The notes beneath the pieces were generated by a model. The model worked only from the letters and a program-made list of their open reading frames with translations. It was not told the DNA's origin and did no database searches. Made by a program: the position numbers and the translations under genes. Positions 57,382 through 64,000 of a DNA stretch of 64,000 bases are shown piece by piece. The DNA is taken from NCBI GenBank assembly GCA_964518135.1, contig CAZFEY010000001.1, forward strand, positions 2,856 to 66,855, written 5' to 3'. Numbering within the stretch: position 1 is the first letter of the stretch; every line of letters begins with the position of its first letter. This DNA comes from an uncultured Candidatus Saccharibacteria bacterium (GTDB lineage: Bacteria > Patescibacteriota > Minisyncoccia > Minisyncoccales > 2-12-FULL-40-12).

Positions 57382-57544
57382 AGACCAACCGAAAAAGAAG
57401 TACTTACAACTAAGGTATGGTTTTTTTCTGCCCTTTGCATCAAGGCAGATTACCAACACGAGGGGGTCTAGAAGAAATGAAACACCAGCTTATGGCCAAA
57501 AAAGATGATCTTCGCCTCCTCGCCCAGGGAGGCCTTTTACTCCT

Positions 57545-58024
57545 ATGATGAATCAAAAAAAGTTTTATTTAACAAAAGATGGGTTGGAAAAGATCAAAAA
57601 AGAGTACGATAAGCTCAAAAATCTTCGATTGATGAAGATTAAAAATGAAGCGCCCCGTACTTGGCAGTCAGAAGATTTAAATCCTGAATACCTTGCTTTT
57701 CAGGAAGATTTGAGTTTCTTTGAATCTAGGATTTACGAGCTAGAACACGTTCTAAAAAATGTAGAACTAATCAAAACCCCTCCAAAAGCGACGCAAGACG
57801 CAGTTCAACTGGGGGCCACGGTGACTCTTGAGGAAGAAGGAGGTAGAGTTAACGAGTTCGTAATCGTTGGGATGCTTGAAGCAAGTCCTGGAGAGGGAAA
57901 AATCTCTTCCGATTCTCCTGTTGGCAAAGCTTTGATAAATAAAAAGAAAGGAGAGGAGGTGGTTATTACTTCTCCTATCAGAGTGGTTTATAGAATTAAG
58001 AATATAAAATATCATCTTTCTTAG
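57545..58024 (+). CDS. greA: GreA/GreB family elongation factor
   Basis: YLTKDG..K...E, N.EY, V.LGATV, IVG..EA.P..GKIS..SPVGKAL. Confidence 0.88.
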   Translation: MMNQKKFYLTKDGLEKIKKEYDKLKNLRLMKIKNEAPRTWQSEDLNPEYLAFQEDLSFFESRIYELEHVLKNVELIKTPPKATQDAVQLGATVTLEEEGGRVNEFVIVGMLEASPGEGKISSDSPVGKALINKKKGEEVVITSPIRVVYRIKNIKYHLS

Positions 58025-58071
58025 ATCGGTCGTCTAGTTTGAAAATGTGTTAAAATGAGCTTACTTAAATA

Positions 58072-59436
58072 GTGAGCTCATTTTCTATGAAAGCCATTAT
58101 TGATTTATTATTAAAGACCAAGAAGATAGAAGAGCTGCGTCGAGTAGGTTGGGTTTTGATGCGGGTTAAAGACCCAGAAACCGTCACTGAGCACACCTTC
58201 CGTCTTTCCATACTTACAACTTTATTTGCAGAGATGATGGGATTAAACGTTGAAAAGGCGATTAAGATTGCCATTTTCCATGATCTTTGCGAAATTCACA
58301 GCGGAGACATTACCACGCTTCTTTATCATCCCGAATTCCGTAATGTTAAAAACGCAAAAGATCGAAAAAAGATCGAAATGAAATGGGCCCGACTTTCTGC
58401 ACGGGAAAAGAAAAAGATAGGCGGATTAAAGTTTAGAAAAGAGAAAAATGCCCTAGAGAAATTAATAAAATATTTACCAAACAAGATAAGGCACGAAATT
58501 TTTTCTTATTGGGTAGAATATGAAAAGGGTGTCTCAAAAGAAGGTCGGCTGGTAAGACAGCTTAATAGCGTAGAAACCCTGATTCAGTCTATTGAGTATT
58601 TTGGAGCAAACGAGAAGAAATCTGGCAGTACGTGGTGGGAATCAACTGAAGAAATCGCAGAGGACCATTTAGTGCTGGAATTTTTAGAGGTGATACAAGA
58701 AAAGTTATATCATGGCAAAAGAGTAAAGACAAAAAAGAACTTGGAAGGCATTTTAGATTTTATTATGGCGGTTGGTAAATTAAAAAAGATCCCGCGCAAG
58801 GGATGGGTTTTGAGAGGAGTCAAAAACCCGGAAACAGTAGCGGCACACAGCTTTAGCATGTCTTTGATGGCGTGGTTGATTTTAAGATCCAGAAACTTAA
58901 AATTACACCAAGAGAAATTGCTGAAAATGGTGCTTTATCATGAGCTTTCCAGGGTTTATTCAGAAGAAATGACGCCCTACGATAGCGTGTTGACGGGTAG
59001 AAATGCCAAGACCAAAAAGGATATTTTAAAACAATGGGTTCGATTATCCAGAAAAGAGAAATCAGAAACCTTCCTTAGGGATTATCGTAAAGAAAAAATT
59101 GCTATAAAGAAATTAGCATCCATTTTGGATGATAAGCGCAGAGAAGAAATAATGCTACTTTGGGAAGAATTTAAAGCCGGTAGTTCTTCGGAGGGATATT
59201 TCTTAAACCAAATAGAGGCCGTATCTACTCTTTTTAAGTCTCTAGTGTATTTTAGTGAAAAAAATAGTTCTTTTGTTGGACCGTTTTGGGAGTGGGCTTT
59301 TGAATCAGTTGACAATCCTGCGATTATTGAATTTATGGATGAATTAAAGAAAAAATTCAACAAAAAAAATCTATTTTCTGCTCCTCTCGTTTTCCTGTCT
59401 TTTTTGCAGGAGCGTTTCAATAAAAAAATAAAATGA
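58072..59436 (+). CDS. Tandem double HD-domain protein (HD_3 5'-deoxynucleotidase-like)
   Basis: R.GWV...VK.PETV..H.F occurs twice, followed by FHD and YHE respectively. Confidence 0.8.
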   Translation: MSSFSMKAIIDLLLKTKKIEELRRVGWVLMRVKDPETVTEHTFRLSILTTLFAEMMGLNVEKAIKIAIFHDLCEIHSGDITTLLYHPEFRNVKNAKDRKKIEMKWARLSAREKKKIGGLKFRKEKNALEKLIKYLPNKIRHEIFSYWVEYEKGVSKEGRLVRQLNSVETLIQSIEYFGANEKKSGSTWWESTEEIAEDHLVLEFLEVIQEKLYHGKRVKTKKNLEGILDFIMAVGKLKKIPRKGWVLRGVKNPETVAAHSFSMSLMAWLILRSRNLKLHQEKLLKMVLYHELSRVYSEEMTPYDSVLTGRNAKTKKDILKQWVRLSRKEKSETFLRDYRKEKIAIKKLASILDDKRREEIMLLWEEFKAGSSSEGYFLNQIEAVSTLFKSLVYFSEKNSSFVGPFWEWAFESVDNPAIIEFMDELKKKFNKKNLFSAPLVFLSFLQERFNKKIK

Positions 59437-59508
59437 AATTCCCAATCTCAACCAAAAGGGATAACGACGTAATTGATATAATGGTTAACATAATAAAAAC
59501 CGTCTAAA

Positions 59509-60153
59509 ATGCAGCAACTAATTAATAAAGTAATAAAAGTTTTGATTTTGTCTGATATTGTTCTATTGACTGGTTTTGGTTTCGTGACACCAATTTTCGC
59601 AATTTTCTTAAGCGAGAATATCAGAGGGGGTAACGTTGAGGTTGCTGGTTTTGCCTCCGCGGTTTATTGGATAGTGATGTCGATAGTTGTTATTCCGCTT
59701 GGTAAATATTTAGACAGTTCTCGTGGAGAAAAAGATGACCTTTGGTTTGTGGTAATAGGTAATCTTCTAGCTGCTTTTGCTGTCTTTGGATACATCTTTT
59801 CTAAGCTTCCTTGGCACATCTATTTTTTGCAGGCTATTTATGCTATTGGAATGGGGATGAATGTACCCGGTTACTCTGCTATCTTCACTAGACACATTGA
59901 TAAGGGAAGAGAGGCTTTGGGCTGGAGCGTAAGAACGGCTTTAGTTGGGATGGGTGCGGGTGCAGCAGGAGCTCTAGGAGGAATGATTGCCTCCCGTCTC
60001 GGCTTTACATTTCTTTTTGTGATAGTAGGGATAATTATTCTTATTAGCGCCATTTTGCCTCTTTTAATTTCAAAAGAGATATTTTCTAAAGATGGAATAA
60101 TGCCGAGTATTCATAAAATTACAACAATCCAACCGCCATCTCCAAAAGAATGA
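59509..60153 (+). CDS. Half-size MFS-like transporter
   Basis: Six TM helices; degenerate motif A (G.YLD..RG). Confidence 0.7.
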   Translation: MQQLINKVIKVLILSDIVLLTGFGFVTPIFAIFLSENIRGGNVEVAGFASAVYWIVMSIVVIPLGKYLDSSRGEKDDLWFVVIGNLLAAFAVFGYIFSKLPWHIYFLQAIYAIGMGMNVPGYSAIFTRHIDKGREALGWSVRTALVGMGAGAAGALGGMIASRLGFTFLFVIVGIIILISAILPLLISKEIFSKDGIMPSIHKITTIQPPSPKE

Positions 60154-61874
60154 AAAATCAGGTATTAGCCAAAATACTTAACGAGATTGCAGATTATCTA
60201 TCAACAGAGGAAACTGCATTTAAGCCATATGCTTACCAAAGAGCTGCTTTATCTATAGAGTCTCTTAAGGATGACGTAGGGGATATTTACCGCGCAGGAG
60301 GAATAAAGGCTCTAGAGGAAATTCCGGGCGTTGGTAAAAGTATTGCCGAGAAAATAGAAGAATATATAAAGACTGGAAAAATAAAATATCATCAACAACT
60401 TAAAAAACGTTTACCTTTAGATATCGAAGGAATTATTGCGGTCGAGGGCATGGGTCCTAAAAAAGCAAAGGCGCTTTATCAAAAATTGGGGGTGCGAGAC
60501 GTTAAAGATTTAGAAAAAGCGGCGAAACAACATAAGATAGCGTCGCTTTTTGGTTTTGGCGAAAAAACGGAAAAGAATATTTTAGAAAGCATAACTTTCC
60601 TCAAGAGAAACAAGGGTAGATTTCTGTTAGGTGAAATTTTCCCCAAGGTGAAAGAAGTATTCGATGAATTATCAGTATTAGAAGACGTAGAAAATATATC
60701 TTTGGCGGGATCTGTTAGGCGCAGAGAAGAAACAATTGGCGATGTAGATTTTTTGGTTATTTCCAAAAATCCCGAGAGAATAATGGATTATTTTGTATCT
60801 CTGCCGGGCGTAGTTAAAATTTGGGGCAAGGGTCGGACAAAATCATCTGTAAGAACGGCAGAAGGATTCGATATGGATATTAGGGTGGTACCAGCTAAAT
60901 CTTATGGCGCAGCCCTACAGTATTTTACCGGCTCCAAAGAGCATAATATCGTTGTTCGTACTATTGCCATGAATAAAGGGTTGAAGCTTTCAGAGTACAG
61001 TCTTTTTAAGGGTCAAAGAATGATCGCCAGCGAAACAGAAGAAGAGATTTATAAGATTTTGGGCATGCAAACGCCTCCGCCAGAAATAAGGGAAAACAAG
61101 GGGGAAATAGAAGCTGCTATCCAGGGTAAATTACCAAAATTGATAGAACAAAGAGATATAAAAGGAGATTTGCATTGTCATTCTGATTGGGACGGTGGGG
61201 CTAATTCTGTTTTAGAATTAGCAAAAGCCGCTAAAGAGATGAGCTATGAGTATATTGGGATTTCCGACCATACCAAATTCTTGCGGATCGAAAAAGGCCT
61301 TAACGAACAACAATTACTGCGCCAGAGCAAGGAAATAAAAAAAATCAATGATAAATTTCGTACTTCTAGGTCCAAATTTTGTATTTTGCACGGCTGCGAA
61401 GCTAATATTATGCCTAATGGTTCAATAGATATCAAGGATGAAGTTTTACAAGGATTAGATTATGTTATTGCAGGGGTCCACTCTAGCTTGAAAATGGATA
61501 AAACAAAAATGACAGATAGAATTATTAATGCCATGAAGAATCCAAACGTAGATATTATTTCTCATCCCACGGGGAGACTCATCAATAGAAGGGATGAGTA
61601 TCGGATGGATTTTGATAAAATTCTTAAGGTTGCAAAAGAAACGGAAACGATTTTAGAAATTAACTCCTCGCCAGTCAGACTGGATTTAAAAGATCAGGAC
61701 ATCCGTTACGCCAAAGAGGTTGGTGTTAAAATGATTATCAATACGGATTCGCATCATAAAGACCAACTGCGATTTATGGAGTTTGGCGTATCTCAAGCTA
61801 GGCGCGGTTGGGCAGAGAAAAAAGATATTATAAATACTAATTCAGTAGAAGAATTGCTTAAATTTTTTGAATAA
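60150..61874 (+). CDS. polX: DNA polymerase X with PHP domain
   Basis: HhH IPGVGKSIA, AGSVRR..ETIGDVD, LQYFTGSK.HN, DLHCHS, TDSH. Confidence 0.95.
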   Translation: MKNQVLAKILNEIADYLSTEETAFKPYAYQRAALSIESLKDDVGDIYRAGGIKALEEIPGVGKSIAEKIEEYIKTGKIKYHQQLKKRLPLDIEGIIAVEGMGPKKAKALYQKLGVRDVKDLEKAAKQHKIASLFGFGEKTEKNILESITFLKRNKGRFLLGEIFPKVKEVFDELSVLEDVENISLAGSVRRREETIGDVDFLVISKNPERIMDYFVSLPGVVKIWGKGRTKSSVRTAEGFDMDIRVVPAKSYGAALQYFTGSKEHNIVVRTIAMNKGLKLSEYSLFKGQRMIASETEEEIYKILGMQTPPPEIRENKGEIEAAIQGKLPKLIEQRDIKGDLHCHSDWDGGANSVLELAKAAKEMSYEYIGISDHTKFLRIEKGLNEQQLLRQSKEIKKINDKFRTSRSKFCILHGCEANIMPNGSIDIKDEVLQGLDYVIAGVHSSLKMDKTKMTDRIINAMKNPNVDIISHPTGRLINRRDEYRMDFDKILKVAKETETILEINSSPVRLDLKDQDIRYAKEVGVKMIINTDSHHKDQLRFMEFGVSQARRGWAEKKDIINTNSVEELLKFFE

Positions 61875-61876
61875 TC

Positions 61877-62323
61877 ATGCCCATTAGAAAATCTGCTGGA
61901 GCAATAATTTTTCATAAAGAGAATAATCAGGTTTATTATCTGCTTTTAGAATATCCATCTTCTTTGAGAAATGACAAAAAATATTGGGGATTTTCCAAGG
62001 GTACGATGGAGCAAGGAGAAGAAGAGATGGATACGATAATAAGAGAAATTAAAGAAGAGACAGGTCTCGAAGACTTAGATTTCGTAGAAGGATTTAAAGA
62101 GACAGAAAAATATTTTTTCAAAGAAGAGGGTAAAACTATTTTTAAAACAGTTAGCTATTTATTGGCAGAAACAAGGACTAAAGAGGTTAAAATTTCCCAC
62201 GAGCATTTAAGTTTTACTTGGTTATCCTATGAAGAAGCGTTGAAGAAATTAACATTTAAAAATGCCAAAGAAATTCTCAAAAAAGCCAATTCATACTTGA
62301 CAGATTGTAGTAGCAGTCCATAA
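61877..62323 (+). CDS. NUDIX hydrolase (Ap4A hydrolase-like)
   Basis: W.F.KG..E.GE......REIKEETG; SHEH....W. Confidence 0.9.
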   Translation: MPIRKSAGAIIFHKENNQVYYLLLEYPSSLRNDKKYWGFSKGTMEQGEEEMDTIIREIKEETGLEDLDFVEGFKETEKYFFKEEGKTIFKTVSYLLAETRTKEVKISHEHLSFTWLSYEEALKKLTFKNAKEILKKANSYLTDCSSSP

Positions 62324-62373
62324 TATAAATTATAATTATTTTGGAAAGAACCTTGGAGAAAGGAGGTATTAAA

Positions 62374-62547
62374 ATGAAAAAAGTGTTCCAAGGATTGAAG
62401 AACCCCTTCGCGCAAGGAGCCGTAATAATCATTATCTGTCTTGTTTTGGGAATATGGGATCCGGTGGGGTTCTTTGTTGGGATGATTGCCTTTATGGGTC
62501 TCGTTGCCATCTTCTGTGCAAAGAAAGCCGGATTAATCGATCTTTAA
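62374..62547 (+). CDS. Small membrane protein
   Basis: SD AAGGAGGT before the ATG, two TM segments, terminator aagctttcag/ctgaaagctt at ~62571-62600. Confidence 0.6.
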   Translation: MKKVFQGLKNPFAQGAVIIIICLVLGIWDPVGFFVGMIAFMGLVAIFCAKKAGLIDL

Positions 62548-62657
62548 CCCGGAGAATTCGCGAGATCATTAAGCTTTCAGTATCTTGCTGAAAGCTTTTT
62601 CTTTTCTAAAATTTTAAGAAATAAGATAAAATAAATTGACAAAAAAGGGTTATGATC

Positions 62658-62686
62658 AATAAAACTGCCGGGTGGCAGTTTTATTG
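62658..62686 (-). terminator. Terminator of the infC-rpmI-rplT operon
   Basis: aataaaactgcc-gggt-ggcagttttatt. Confidence 0.65.
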
Positions 62687-62706
62687 TTAATTCTAGGGTT
62701 TAATTA

Positions 62707-63054
62707 TTATTTTTTAACTTCTTTGACGATTTTCTCAAAGATATCCGGATGTTTTTCTACGAGTTCTGATAGTATTTTTCGATTCAGCTCTATTTTTGCA
62801 TCTTTAAGGTTTTTTATGAATTTGCTATAGCTTAAACCGTATTTTTTACAAGTGGATCCGATTTTTGTTTGCCAAAGCTGTCTAGATGTTCTCTTTTTGA
62901 CCTTTCTATCGCGATAAGAATAAGTCCAAGCATGCTGCATTGCATCTTTTGCTAGTTTGTATTTTGATTTTCTACCCCAGCGAAAACCCTTGGCGTGTTT
63001 CAAAATGTTTTTTCTCCTCTTGTTGGCTGTTTTCCCTCTTTTTACTCTAGTCAT
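62707..63054 (-). CDS. rplT: 50S ribosomal protein L20
   Basis: MTRVKRG, AKGF.WGR, RDRK.KKR, LNRKILSEL. Confidence 0.97.
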   Translation of the reverse strand: MTRVKRGKTANKRRKNILKHAKGFRWGRKSKYKLAKDAMQHAWTYSYRDRKVKKRTSRQLWQTKIGSTCKKYGLSYSKFIKNLKDAKIELNRKILSELVEKHPDIFEKIVKEVKK

Positions 63055-63097
63055 ATTATTTACGCAACAAGCTTGTTTATTGACATAACAAACTTGT

Positions 63098-63286
63098 TCA
63101 CTTTAAACTGATAAGTTTTTTGATTTTTTTCATCTCTGATTTTGATAATTGTATCCATTTTCTGCCTTTTCTGACAGCTTCTCCGGATTTTTTTGCGCGA
63201 TAATGGTCTTGTCCGGTGGGTCGTCTTAGAATCTTACCGGTCTTGGTTATTTTAAATCTTTTCGTGATCGATTTTCTTGTTTTCAT
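63098..63286 (-). CDS. rpmI: 50S ribosomal protein L35
   Basis: MKTRKS..KRFKITKTGK. Confidence 0.95.
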   Translation of the reverse strand: MKTRKSITKRFKITKTGKILRRPTGQDHYRAKKSGEAVRKGRKWIQLSKSEMKKIKKLISLK

Positions 63287-63303
63287 GTTGTTTCTAATGG
63301 TAA

Positions 63304-63810
63304 TTATGTTTTTGATACTATAACGGTAAAACCCCTCGCCTCTCTTTTTAATTCTCTTTCTGTCTTAATTGGAACTAAATTTCCGAGACTATTGAGAAAT
63401 TGATTCATTTTTTCTTTTCCGATATCGGATAGCGATTTCTCTCTACCTCTTAAAACCAGTTCTACTCTTACCTTATGCCCTTTTTTTAAAAATTTTTCAG
63501 CCAATTTAACTTTGATTTCGGTATCGTGTTGAGAGGTTTTAAACCCTAGTCTTATATTCTTGATTTCATTATGTGTCCTTCCGACCGTCTTCTCTCTTTG
63601 TTTGACACGATATAAATATTTTCCGTAATTTCCTATCTTGCAAACTGGCGGATCAACCTTTTCTGTTACCTGTATTAAATCTAAATTGCGCTCCATCGAT
63701 ATGCGGAGCGCCTCTTGTGTTAATAGTACGCCTAACTGTTCGCCTAACTCGTCTACCACTCTTACCTTCTCTGCTCTTATTTGATTATTTACCAAGGGTC
63801 GTTTTATCAA
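63304..63810 (-). CDS. infC: Translation initiation factor IF-3
   Basis: N.QIRA.KVRVVD..GEQLG, LDL......DPPVCKI, HD...K....KFL..G.KV. Confidence 0.96.
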   Translation of the reverse strand: MIKRPLVNNQIRAEKVRVVDELGEQLGVLLTQEALRISMERNLDLIQVTEKVDPPVCKIGNYGKYLYRVKQREKTVGRTHNEIKNIRLGFKTSQHDTEIKVKLAEKFLKKGHKVRVELVLRGREKSLSDIGKEKMNQFLNSLGNLVPIKTERELKREARGFTVIVSKT

Positions 63811-63837
63811 AACTATTTATTTAAAAAATTTTTATAG

Positions 63838-64000
63838 TGGAGGCGGAGGGGTTGAACCCTCGTCCGAAAATTAATTCAGAAATAAATCTACAAACTTAGC
63901 CAGGTTTGTTTTGGAACGAAAAGTATAAAATCTGGCAAAACCCTTTCGTTCTTTGCCTTTGTTTTTGATAGCTCTCCAGGCACTAGAGTTATCTATCTCG
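63838..64000 (-). ncRNA. ssrA: tmRNA, 3' part (runs off the window)
   Basis: Minus strand ends GGAC GAGGG TTCAAC CCCTC CGCCTCC A: tRNA-like T-arm and Ala-type acceptor with no adjacent anticodon arm. Confidence 0.8.

Noticed and set aside
63838-63870. tRNA 3' end
   Set aside because: No anticodon or D arm at tRNA spacing; fits the tmRNA 3' end better.
1-64000. Alternative genetic code (TGA=Gly)
   Set aside because: Conserved genes are full length in code 11 and TGA ends rpmH and rpmI at the expected positions.

Overview
Low-GC chromosomal segment around the replication origin (jag-yidC-rnpA-rpmH / dnaA-dnaN, DnaA boxes, visible GC-skew flip near 45.9 kb). Gene content points to a Patescibacteria/CPR (Parcubacteria-like) genome; this is inferred from the lack of biosynthetic genes, several VirB2-like pilins and a PrgI/VirB4/VirB6 locus. 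Housekeeping genes include rny, clpP, nusA, cca, rpsO, pnp, rsmA, tyrS, ruvC, greA, polX, infC-rpmI-rplT and the 3' part of ssrA. There is also a 2390-aa repeat surface protein and several ORFan cassettes. The most striking signal is at 14.2-17.6 kb: four 'matryoshka' tRNA loci. In each, an outer tRNA gene is split by a palindrome-bounded insertion that carries an intact, divergent tRNA gene. In three cases the inner anticodon matches the outer one (Ala-CGC, Pro-CGG, Arg-TCG); in the fourth (inner Lys-CTT) the outer anticodon is lost. The Ala insertion also carries a GIY-YIG endonuclease. Related short palindromes occur empty in a T-loop, between genes and in-frame in proteins. All calls come from reading the sequence; no searches were run.
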